Shown: positions 9,592 to 19,007, counted from the stretch's first letter. The stretch: 64,000 nt of DNA from an uncultured Clostridia bacterium (GCA_947631495.1 CANRLO010000001.1:33060-97059), one strand, 5' to 3'. The notes: generated by a model not told the origin, from the sequence alone. A program made the numbers and translations.

Positions 9592-11343
9592 ATGATGAGT
9601 TCGGATTTTGAAGTTAAAGAATATGAGTTTAATGTAGACACATTAAATAATATTAATCCAAAATATATTAATTGGCCAGTAGTTTATTTAATAAATAATA
9701 ATAATAAAATTTATATTGGTGAAACATCCAATATAAAAAGTAGAATGAAACAGCATTTAGATAATCCTGATAGGAAATTTTTAAAATTAATCAATATAAT
9801 ATTTGATAAAAAATTTAATAAATCTGCGATATTAGATATAGAACAAAATTTAATCCGTATGTTCTATGCTGATACTAGATTTGATTCAAATAGTGGCATA
9901 TTAAATAAAAATAATGGTCAATCTTCTAAACATAATTATTACCAAAGAGAAATGTATTTAAATAAATTGGTAGATATATGGAAAAAACTTCAGCAGAAAA
10001 AGCTAGTTAACAATTCTTATAATAACATTATAAACTCTGATATATATAAATATTCTCCATTTATTTCATTAACCAATGAGCAAGAAGATATAATGTGTAA
10101 AATTATTAATAACATATTAGATTGTTTAGAGGGAAAAAGTACAAATGAAACTTCAATTATTACAGGATTAGCAGGGACAGGTAAAACAATTTTGGCAATA
10201 AATTTAATATATAATATAGTTAATGCAGATTTTAGCAATATTGATATCTTTGAAGATGATGAAATAGAAATTTTATCAGAATTTGACAAAACGATGCATA
10301 GACTAAGAAAATATATATTATGTAATGGAAAAATCAAAATTGGATTTGTTGTCCCAATGGAATCATTAAGAAACACACTAAATTTTGTATTTAAATCTAT
10401 AAATAGGAAAAATCTAAAAAATATTGTAATTGCTCCAGGTGATGTTACTAAGGATAACTATGATGTAATTATATGTGATGAAGCACATAGGTTAGCACAA
10501 TATAAAAATATTGCAAATATGGGATATTTTAAGAAAAAATGCAAAGAACTTGGAATTGATGAAAATATATCTACACAACTTGATTGGATAAATATAAAAT
10601 CGAAATATAAAGTACTATTTTACGATGGAAATCAAACTATTAAGGGATCAGATATACAAGCAGATAAAATAGATGAATTAATACAGAAAAATAGTGATAA
10701 ATGTTATTCGTTGACAACACAATTAAGATGTAAATTAGGAGAGTTGTTTTTAGATAATATAGATAAATTATTTAAATGTACATTAAAAAATAAAATAGAA
10801 TCATCTAAAGATTTTGAAATAAAATTATTTAATGACCCTAATAAAATGATTGAAAAGATAAAGCAACTAGATAAAGAAATGGGGCTATGTAGAAATGTTG
10901 CAGGATATGATTGGGAGTGGAAATCAAAAGGTAAAACAAATGAAGAGATAAGGAAAAAAGACTTATACGACTTTAATTTTGAAGGGAAGAAATATATATG
11001 GAATCACACAAATAAAGGTTGGATTCTTTCAAACAATGCAGTAAATGAAATTGGATGTGTGCATACAGTACAAGGTTATGACTTAAACTATGTTGGAGTA
11101 ATTATTGGACCAGATTTAAGTTATAATAAAGAAAAAAATAAAATCGAAGTTCATATAAATAAATTAAAAGATTCAAATGTAAAAAGAGGAACAGATGAAA
11201 AAATTGTACAAAATTATATAATTAATACATATAAGGTGTTGTTGGAACGAGGAATCAAAGGTTGTTATATCTATGCATGTGATGAAAGTATGCAGGAATA
11301 TTTAAAGGAACATATCGAGAATGATTATTCTAATAAAGATTAA
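9592..11343 (+). CDS. GIY-YIG nuclease fused to a DUF2075 / SF1-like P-loop ATPase
   Basis: GIY-YIG: VVYLI..KIYIGETSNIKSRMKQH..DIEQNLI. Walker A ITGLAGTGKT, Walker B VIICDEAHRL, C-terminal VHTVQGYDLNYVGVIIG (SF1 motif VI-like). Confidence 0.82.
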   Translation: MMSSDFEVKEYEFNVDTLNNINPKYINWPVVYLINNNNKIYIGETSNIKSRMKQHLDNPDRKFLKLINIIFDKKFNKSAILDIEQNLIRMFYADTRFDSNSGILNKNNGQSSKHNYYQREMYLNKLVDIWKKLQQKKLVNNSYNNIINSDIYKYSPFISLTNEQEDIMCKIINNILDCLEGKSTNETSIITGLAGTGKTILAINLIYNIVNADFSNIDIFEDDEIEILSEFDKTMHRLRKYILCNGKIKIGFVVPMESLRNTLNFVFKSINRKNLKNIVIAPGDVTKDNYDVIICDEAHRLAQYKNIANMGYFKKKCKELGIDENISTQLDWINIKSKYKVLFYDGNQTIKGSDIQADKIDELIQKNSDKCYSLTTQLRCKLGELFLDNIDKLFKCTLKNKIESSKDFEIKLFNDPNKMIEKIKQLDKEMGLCRNVAGYDWEWKSKGKTNEEIRKKDLYDFNFEGKKYIWNHTNKGWILSNNAVNEIGCVHTVQGYDLNYVGVIIGPDLSYNKEKNKIEVHINKLKDSNVKRGTDEKIVQNYIINTYKVLLERGIKGCYIYACDESMQEYLKEHIENDYSNKD

Positions 11344-11379
11344 ACGAAAATCCAATCCAATGGTTAAAGGTAAATAATT

Positions 11380-11640
11380 ATGAAAATAAAGTGTTTAATT
11401 TGTGATAGCACAATTGAATCAAAACATACACATAATTTTGTTACATGTAGATGTGATAATTGCTATATAGATGGAGGAAAAGAATATTTACATTTTGGAG
11501 GGAAAGATTTTAGCAAAATCCTAATTATTTTTGATGATGGTATAGAAATATTAGCAAGTGATGATAGAAATTACAAAAAGAAATACGAGGAATGGAAAGA
11601 AAATAAATATAAAATTAGATTAAATGACAAAAAAGACTAG
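11380..11640 (+). CDS. Small Cys-rich (zinc-ribbon-like) protein
   Basis: CLICDS...CRCDNC (CxxC ... CxC..C) in 86 aa. Co-directional, 36 nt after the ATPase gene. Confidence 0.5.
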   Translation: MKIKCLICDSTIESKHTHNFVTCRCDNCYIDGGKEYLHFGGKDFSKILIIFDDGIEILASDDRNYKKKYEEWKENKYKIRLNDKKD

Positions 11641-12044
11641 CCATTGCTAGCCTTTTTGCTACTCTCTTGGAAGTTTTAAAAGATTATTTTTAAGGATAAT
11701 CTGATTAAATCTAATACATTTTTCACCATTTTGACTAAGCAGTGGTTGTAAGTCTGGATAAGGATATATGTTTACTTGAATATTATTAGGGTTATTTTTT
11801 AGAAAATCATAAATGGAAAATTTAGAATAGTATCCATTTTCTTGGCATCCTTCTAAATATATCTGATCTATTGCTATTAGATTATTTAATGAGCAACAGC
11901 TTGAATCTTTACTGCTTTCATATGAATTATGAACAAATATTGGATATTTTGTTGAGAAAAATAGAAATTTGTGATATAAGATATTATAGAATTATTGTAA
12001 TGTAAAAACTATAATTAAAATATTGCATAAGATAAGGAAGAAAA

Positions 12045-12224
12045 ATGAAAAAATTTTTTTATCAAAAAGAAATAGAAATAATTGAGAAATATGAGATTTT
12101 TAATATTGTATTAATCAAAGAAATTAATACAATGCAAGAATACTATATAGATAAAGATTTGGTTAGTTATAAACCATTGACTGAAAAAAGTATAAATATT
12201 AGTTACATTAATTGGGGGATATAA
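12045..12224 (+). CDS. Small ORF (59 aa, below the track cutoff) abutting the next gene
   Basis: AAGGAAG RBS, ATG at 12045, TAA at 12222-12224, one base before the ATG of the next gene. Translation MKKFFYQKEIEIIEKYEIFNIVLIKEINTMQEYY... Confidence 0.35.
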   Translation: MKKFFYQKEIEIIEKYEIFNIVLIKEINTMQEYYIDKDLVSYKPLTEKSINISYINWGI

Positions 12225-12225
12225 A

Positions 12226-13170
12226 ATGCTAGAATTTATTGAAAAATTAGATGGAGATAGATGGGAGGAACTTTGCAATAGCTGTTATAGAAAGCGATAT
12301 CAAAGAGAAAATTACCAATATGTACCAGCAGAATATCAAGGAGATTGTGGAATAGAAGGATATACAAAAACAGGAATAGTATATCAATGCTATTATCCAG
12401 AAAAAGATTATAATGACGATGTATTATATGAACATTTAAGAGATAAAATGACGACTGATATACAAAAATTGATTGATAATGCAAAAAGAATAAAAGCAAT
12501 TGGAGTTGATAAAGTCATAGAATGGCATTTTGTGATTCCAGAATATAGGGATAAAAGGATTTTAGAGCATGCTGAGAAAAAAAGAAAAGAGGTATTAGAT
12601 GAGAAGAACAAGAAGAAATTAGATTATATTTCAAAGGATTTTAAAATCGTAGTAAAAATTATGGAAGATTTTAGAGATGAGTTATATTTTCTAATAAAGA
12701 CAGAGAAAGACTATAAATTAGATTTAGCTTTGAAACATACAAGGCAAAATATAGATTGGAAAAAATGTGATTCCGATAAAGTGAAAAATATTGAAAGAAA
12801 AATTAAAAATTTATTATCAAGTCAAAATTCAGTGATTGATGAAAATAAATTAAATGAATTAGTGAATTTGTATGTAGATTATTATTTAAAAGGTATAGAA
12901 CTATTTAACTATATACAAGATAAATTACCAGAACAATATGAGGATTTAGTAAATATTGAATATACATATGGAGATGATATAAAACAAAAATGTTTAAGTA
13001 ATAATGATAAAACATGCAATAAGAGCATTTTCGATGAAGTTCTTAGAGATTTTGAAAAAGATTTAAAGGAGGAATACAAATATTTATGGACGATGGCAAG
13101 TATTAAGGAAATAAAGAATGATCTGATAGGGAAATGGTTAGCAGAATGTCCATTAAGTTTTGTAGAATAA
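12226..13170 (+). CDS. Putative effector component (314 aa) of an ABC-3C-like three-component system
   Basis: GGGGGA RBS. N-terminal GDCGIEGYTKTGIVYQCYYP resembles the Mrr/PD-(D/E)xK GD.GID...Q.K core, with Lys replaced by Tyr. Helical C-terminal region. Confidence 0.6.
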   Translation: MLEFIEKLDGDRWEELCNSCYRKRYQRENYQYVPAEYQGDCGIEGYTKTGIVYQCYYPEKDYNDDVLYEHLRDKMTTDIQKLIDNAKRIKAIGVDKVIEWHFVIPEYRDKRILEHAEKKRKEVLDEKNKKKLDYISKDFKIVVKIMEDFRDELYFLIKTEKDYKLDLALKHTRQNIDWKKCDSDKVKNIERKIKNLLSSQNSVIDENKLNELVNLYVDYYLKGIELFNYIQDKLPEQYEDLVNIEYTYGDDIKQKCLSNNDKTCNKSIFDEVLRDFEKDLKEEYKYLWTMASIKEIKNDLIGKWLAECPLSFVE

Positions 13171-13177
13171 AAAAGGT

Positions 13178-13663
13178 ATGAGTAATGAATTAGATTTTAG
13201 AGAATTAAAATTTGTTGAAAGACCTAAAGCGATACCATATAATTATAGAATTAGTTATAGAGTAGCTCAAATTGTATTAATAATAGGTAAAACTGTAAAA
13301 AAAGGAGGATGCTCATCTTTAAAAATACAGATTATTTCACAAGCGTTAAAGAGTAATGAAAATTTTAAGGAATTATTAAAATTTACAAAAGAACAATCAT
13401 TATTTAATAATATTATTAAATTCGATCCAGCAATAAATAAGGCAATGGAGTATGCTTTAACAGATAACATTTTAGAAAAGCAAAAAGATGGGAAATTCAA
13501 ATTAACTACTTTAGGTAAAGAAATTTTTAAAGAAATAGATGAAGATAATACTTTGATGCTTATAGAAAAGAAGAATATTAAAGAAATTGCTGATAAGATA
13601 AACGAAAATAAAATTAAAGAAATCTTAGATATATGGGGGAATTATAGTGCTAAAAATAAATAG
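13178..13663 (+). CDS. Putative middle component (161 aa, winged-helix-like)
   Basis: Starts 7 nt after the effector stop and its 3' end overlaps the ATPase start by 17 nt. Ends with the wHTH-like ILEKQKDGKFKLTTLGKEIF. Confidence 0.6.
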   Translation: MSNELDFRELKFVERPKAIPYNYRISYRVAQIVLIIGKTVKKGGCSSLKIQIISQALKSNENFKELLKFTKEQSLFNNIIKFDPAINKAMEYALTDNILEKQKDGKFKLTTLGKEIFKEIDEDNTLMLIEKKNIKEIADKINENKIKEILDIWGNYSAKNK

Positions 13664-15677
13664 GTTAAAAATTATTATAACTACAGCACAAAAGAAATTT
13701 GGTTTTGATGAGAAATTTGATGAAGGATTAAATTTTATATCGAGTTATGAAAATACCAAAGGAAAAAGTTCTATAATAGAATCTATATATTATTGTTTAG
13801 GAATAGAAGAGTTAATAGGTGGAAGAAATGATAAGATTCTAAAATCAGTTTTTAGAAGCAAAATAGAATTTAATGATATAGAATATGTTCCTTTAGATTG
13901 CAAATTTTATTTAGAAATAGAAAATTCAAAGAAAAAAGTTGTTACAATAAATAGAAACACAAGTAAGATTTCTATACAAGATAGTAAATTAATAACGGTG
14001 TATGAAGGGAATATAGATGAAAGCATATCAGGGAAGAGTAGCTTTGAAGAATATTATACTAATTTACCAGGATCAGCAACACAGGAAAGAGGTTTTCATG
14101 TCTTCTTGGAAAATTTCTTAGATTGGAAATTACCAGAAATCCCAACCTATGATGAAGTTGAGCGAAAATTATATATGCAAGTGGTTTTTGCTTCTATGTT
14201 TATTGAACAAAAAAGAGGATGGTCAGATATTTTAATAGGAATACCAAATATATTTAAAATAAAGGATCCTAAAAAGAGAGTAGTAGAATTTTTGTTGGGA
14301 TTAGATACTATTGAAGTTGAGAAGAAAAAAGCATATATAAAGAAAATGGAAGAAGAGATAAATTTTAAATGGAAAAATTTGTATGAAGATATAATAGAAG
14401 AAATGAAAGAAAGTAATTGTAATTCAAATGATATTTATTTAAAACCCAAGATATTGCTAGATAATTATGTAGAGAATCTGAATATACAAGTAGAAGAAAA
14501 TGAAGAATATATAGATATAAATGAAAAAATAAATAGACTAAATGATGAAATAACAACTTTAAAGCAAACAAAACCAAGAGTTGGAATGATAAATGATAAA
14601 ATTCAAATAGAGCTTGAAGAAAATAAAGAAAAACTTAATTCACTTGAATTAGTGCTAATTAAGGAAAATGAAAAAGAAAACGCAGAGAAATTTGGATTAA
14701 ATAAGTTGAATAAAATATTAGAAAATATAAATTTGGATTTAAATAATAATAAGGATGCTAAAAAAATAATGGAACTAGGATCTATAAAAAATACAAGTAT
14801 AGGTAAAAAAGTATGTCCATTATGCAATAGTAAAATTGAAGATAGTTTATTGTTAAGCCAAAAGAATTATAATACTATGAGCATTGAAGAAAATATTGAA
14901 CATTTAAAACAACAGAAGAAATTAATAGAATATGCTATAGATAACAGAAAGCTTAATATAAACAATTATAGCGATAATAAAACAAAAATAAAATCTGAGA
15001 TTATTAAATTAAGAAGAATTATTAGAAGCCAAATAAATGACTTATATGAAAAAGATGATAGCTTATCAGAAACAAGCATATATACAAAAGTAGATTTACA
15101 AAACCAAATGGAAGAATTAGAATTATTAAAAGAAAAATATTTTAGTTATAAAAGGAAATTTTATGATTTGTCAGAAAAACTAAAGAGCGTATTAAATGAA
15201 AAAGAAAAATTGCCTAAAGATAAATTTACTGAGCAAGATAAAGAAAAAATATCTAAATTTGAACAATGCTTTAAAGAAAAAATAAAAAAGTATGGATATA
15301 AAAGTGAAAATGCATCCAATATTCAAATTTCAATGGATAAACTAATTCCAACAATAGATGGATTTGATATGAGATTTGATAATTCTGGTAGTGATAATAT
15401 TAGGGCAATTTGGGCATATACCATATCACTACTAATAGTTTCTAGAGATATGTCAGGCAACCATCCTAATATATTGATTATTGATGAGCCAATGCAACAA
15501 AGTGTTATTGAGGAAGATTTATTTTCTTTTATTGAAGATTTAAATAGAATAAGTAAAGGAATGCAAGTTATTATAGGAATGACACTTGGAAATGAAAAAC
15601 TTAAAGAAAAAATAAATGAATATAAAAATGTAAATATAATTTTATTAAAAGATAAAGCAATAAAGCCTATTGATTAA
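13647..15677 (+). CDS. ABC/SMC-Rad50-like ATPase with coiled-coil insert
   Basis: GTG start behind GGGGGA. Walker A NTKGKSSIIESIYYCLG. ~350 aa K/E/N-rich coiled coil containing CPLC. Signature-like NSGSDN, Walker B ILIIDEPMQQS. Confidence 0.8.
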   Translation: MLKINRLKIIITTAQKKFGFDEKFDEGLNFISSYENTKGKSSIIESIYYCLGIEELIGGRNDKILKSVFRSKIEFNDIEYVPLDCKFYLEIENSKKKVVTINRNTSKISIQDSKLITVYEGNIDESISGKSSFEEYYTNLPGSATQERGFHVFLENFLDWKLPEIPTYDEVERKLYMQVVFASMFIEQKRGWSDILIGIPNIFKIKDPKKRVVEFLLGLDTIEVEKKKAYIKKMEEEINFKWKNLYEDIIEEMKESNCNSNDIYLKPKILLDNYVENLNIQVEENEEYIDINEKINRLNDEITTLKQTKPRVGMINDKIQIELEENKEKLNSLELVLIKENEKENAEKFGLNKLNKILENINLDLNNNKDAKKIMELGSIKNTSIGKKVCPLCNSKIEDSLLLSQKNYNTMSIEENIEHLKQQKKLIEYAIDNRKLNINNYSDNKTKIKSEIIKLRRIIRSQINDLYEKDDSLSETSIYTKVDLQNQMEELELLKEKYFSYKRKFYDLSEKLKSVLNEKEKLPKDKFTEQDKEKISKFEQCFKEKIKKYGYKSENASNIQISMDKLIPTIDGFDMRFDNSGSDNIRAIWAYTISLLIVSRDMSGNHPNILIIDEPMQQSVIEEDLFSFIEDLNRISKGMQVIIGMTLGNEKLKEKINEYKNVNIILLKDKAIKPID

Positions 15678-15740
15678 AAATAACTGTTATAATTAAAGAA
15701 AATTTGACTTCTATTTGTTGATAATATAAAATGTAGCAAA

Positions 15741-16706
15741 ATGGGGGAAAATAAAATGTCATATAATATAGTAGAATATTTAAGAAAATTAAGTGTAGAA
15801 AATTTATTTGCAACAAATACTTTTTCAAGAGCTTGGAATGTTTGGAAAGATGAGATAAACAAATATGCTAGTAACAAAACTGCAAATCAAATATTAAATT
15901 TAGGAGACAATTTAGCTAATATATTTAGAAGTACTAGTTCAGCAGGTAGAACTCAAAGTGATGTGGCTGGTGGTGGAAATGCATGGGAATCCTTAACATG
16001 CTGGTATCTAAATTTATGTTTGATAGGAAGAAGGACAATAGTAATAAAACATCATAAAGGTTTAATTCCAAATCCAGTTAGTGATGCAATAACAGTTAAT
16101 TATTCAAATTTTGTATCAAATACAGAATCAGACTTAATTGCAATTACTTTTCCAGATGAAGAAGAATATAAGAAAAATATTGATGAAATAGATATAGAAG
16201 ATATAAATGGTAATAAAGTACAAATTTATAATGGTCAGAGAATAAATTATAAAGAAATAATAAATGCTTTATGTACTAGAGATTTTCAAAAATTAGAAAT
16301 ACATGTAATACAATGTAAAACGAATTGGAATGATAATGCACAAATACCAATGTTATGGAATATGGTATATGCAGCAAATGATTTTAAAGAGAACAACATT
16401 TCTGTAGGAAGAAATGGCTATTCTATTCATGATATAAAAAAATTTACATATTCATTTGTAACAGTACCTACAGTTAAATTAGAATCATTTAAGGCAAATA
16501 GTACAGCAGTTAAGAGGGTAATAAATTTGTCTGGAGGTAACTATTGGGGATATGCAACAAAATCTGGTATAGCAAATTCTATTAAAGAAATGTTGAGTAG
16601 AAATTTAGCTAGTGGAGCGGAAACGAACCATTTAAATACATTAAGGGAAGAACTTAATAAATTAAATGATGATTATAGTTATTTTAAAATAAATAATAAC
16701 GCATAA
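15741..16706 (+). CDS. Putative type II restriction endonuclease (PD-(D/E)xK)
   Basis: Convergent with an m5C MTase. Candidate catalytic core ESDLIAITFPDE ... EIHVIQCKTNW (D...E.K). Specificity unknown. Confidence 0.5.
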   Translation: MGENKMSYNIVEYLRKLSVENLFATNTFSRAWNVWKDEINKYASNKTANQILNLGDNLANIFRSTSSAGRTQSDVAGGGNAWESLTCWYLNLCLIGRRTIVIKHHKGLIPNPVSDAITVNYSNFVSNTESDLIAITFPDEEEYKKNIDEIDIEDINGNKVQIYNGQRINYKEIINALCTRDFQKLEIHVIQCKTNWNDNAQIPMLWNMVYAANDFKENNISVGRNGYSIHDIKKFTYSFVTVPTVKLESFKANSTAVKRVINLSGGNYWGYATKSGIANSIKEMLSRNLASGAETNHLNTLREELNKLNDDYSYFKINNNA

Positions 16707-16724
16707 AATTATGCGTTATTATTT
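16691..16724. terminator. Bidirectional hairpin containing both convergent stop codons
   Basis: Perfect 15-bp arms AAATAATAACGCATA / TATGCGTTATTATTT with loop AAAT. No strong U-run on either side. Confidence 0.5.
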
Positions 16725-18047
16725 ATTGCAATAGCAATTTGATTAGCGACAGCTCTTGCTAAAAGAGGAGGAACAGCATTTCCAACTTGCGTATATTGCG
16801 GAATTTCAACCTTTCTTCTATCTCCACCAGTTGTACGTTTTCCGTAGAAAAACAAAACTATCATCAAAAGATTGTAATCTTGCTAATTCACGTACAGAAA
16901 AAATTCTGTTTTCAAATGGTGATATATAATCATCCGGTAATGTAACAACTGTAAAAGAAGGTTTATTTCTATTAAGTTTTTTTCTCATATTTTTTTTAGT
17001 AAGTAATGTTTCTAACATATCACTAGTTATTTCTCTATTTCTAAACCTATTAATAAGATCTTCGTTAGTTAAATTATATTTTTGAGATAATAAATTTAAT
17101 AGAGCGGTTTTCCCTTCTAAATCGATCCCTTGCTCTAAAATTCTTCTTTTTAAAGCAGCTCCATCTTCTTCTTCTTTAAATAGTGAAAATCTTTCTTCTA
17201 TTATTTCTTGATGAGTCGATAATTCTATATTACAAGGAACAAAATCACACCTTATTGGATTATTATTTATATTAGGAGTTCTACCATTTTTTGAATCTAT
17301 TTGAAATTGTGTTAATACTGGATTTATTTCAGTTTTAGTTTCATCATCCGTTATTAAATCACCTATAGCTTGTAGAACAGTAACTTTATTATTTTCATCA
17401 CATATTGGTTCTGGATAATTAGGAGAGTTTTCACCCTCTGCATAAGCTATAAAAATTGCTCTTTTTCTTTTTTGCGGTACTCCATAATCTGAGGCATCAA
17501 GAACTCTAGGTGTTAGTACATTATAACCAAGTAAATTAAATTCATTTATTAAGATTGTAGGAGCAGTTGTATTTTTAGGATATTGATGTCCGGTTGTACC
17601 TGTAAAATTATCAAACTTAGTATCATTAAAACCCTCAACATTTTCCATAACAACATATCTAGGATGAAGTTCACTGATAACCCTTAAATATTCTTTGAAA
17701 AGCATATTCCTAGGATCATCTGCATTTCTTTTTCCGGCTCTACTAAATCCTTGACAAGGAGGACCACCAAAAATAGCATCAATTCTATTTGGTCTTTCTA
17801 TATGTTCTTCATTGAAAAAAGTAAGGTTATTAATACAATTCCATATAAAATCACCATTTAATTCTCTTACATCTCCTCTATGATAATAAGTATTGTATCC
17901 TTGTATTAATCCTAATTGCTCATGTCTATTCATATATGTTTTTTGAACATCAACATTTATATCACTTGAAAATAATATGTGAAAACCAGCCTGAATGATT
18001 CCCTCACTCATACCACCAGCACCACAAAATAAATCTATAGCATACAT
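16709..18047 (-). pseudogene. DNA (cytosine-5) methyltransferase, frameshifted before motifs IX/X (or an assembly error)
   Basis: Motifs I DLFCGAGG, IV GPPCQGFS, VI ENV and VIII QKRKRAIF are in frame. The annotated ORF stops at 16818. Removing base 16844 restores ...SFVFLGKRTTGGDRRKVEIPQYTQVGNAVPPLLARAVANQIAIAINNNA*. Confidence 0.85.
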
Positions 18048-18271
18048 AGTACTACCTCCTTATAAAATTCTAACATAATAGAACATAAAAGTCCAGGCTT
18101 TTTAAAAATTTTATCATATTTTTTTATAAAAGTCCAGGGGGATTATGCAATAATTATATTATCATAAACAAAACAAATGTTCAATAGTAAATTGCGAATT
18201 TTTGAAAAAATTTTTAATAAATATCGAAACCCCTAATATTAAACAATATCAGAAGTTCCCTATGGTTTAAA

Positions 18272-18562
18272 TTATAATTTCAATCCACTAACAATCAACT
18301 TAATCGCATCACTAAAACCAGACATATAATACTTATCATTCCAATGACTACAATAATCAATAAAGTCATCATGCATAAATTCCAATTGCTTGGAAACATA
18401 ATTATAGCCTTCTTTAGTAGTATTTTTCAAAATTCTCTTAGCATAATTATCAAAGTTAAGCAAGTGTTTTTTATCTTCTTCCTCCATATGGCATAAATCT
18501 TCTTCTCTAAATTCTAACAAATTTTTACTTTCTTCATCATTTAAAATATCATTAATTTTCAT
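18272..18562 (-). CDS. Small acidic protein (96 aa), island-end paralogue 1
   Basis: Start chosen at MKINDIL behind GGAGG. C-terminus FIDYCSHWNDKYYMSGFSDAIKLIVSG is paralogous to 23834-24124. Confidence 0.6.
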   Translation of the reverse strand: MKINDILNDEESKNLLEFREEDLCHMEEEDKKHLLNFDNYAKRILKNTTKEGYNYVSKQLEFMHDDFIDYCSHWNDKYYMSGFSDAIKLIVSGLKL

Positions 18563-18728
18563 TTTTTTAACCTCCATTTTTATTAAAATTTTTGGTGACA
18601 AATTGGGGACAATTATTGCAAAAAATGACCTAATTTAACCAAATTCATAATTGCACCAATTTGCTCTAACCCTATTAAAACTATAAAAACTCAAGTTAAC
18701 AAAATTTCTCAAAAATTACAATCAAATC

Positions 18729-18759
18729 CTCATAACCCGAAGGCCGTAAGTTCGAGTCT
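18729..18759 (+). repeat. Partial direct copy of tRNA-fMet positions 32-62 (att-like)
   Basis: CTCATAACCCGAAGGCCGTAAGTTCGAGTCT is 30/31 identical to 4859-4889, in the same orientation. Confidence 0.85.
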
Positions 18760-19007
18760 ATCGTTGACAAAAAATATTGAATCCAATTATTAAAAATTTT
18801 TATTAATAAAAAAACATTTAAGAGAATAAAAAGCATTAAAATTATAAAAAATGAAAAATTTGAAATGATTTTAACATTTTAAATTTTTTATAAAAAACAA
18901 AAGAAAAAAAGCTAATATATGATATTATATATACAACATTTTATAACAGATAATCGTTAAAGACTACTTGAAATATATAAAATCTATATATAAGAAAGGA
19001 TAAAATC

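Noticed and set aside
10017-10376. 119-aa minus-strand ORF inside the GIY-YIG-DUF2075 gene.
   Set aside because: It is fully embedded antisense to the Walker A region of a well-supported gene and has hydrophobic low-complexity sequence.
18760-19007. TTGACA immediately after tRNA remnant 1 as an outward-reading promoter or small RNA.
   Set aside because: No convincing -10 lies at the correct spacing, and AT-rich sequence makes such hexamers frequent.
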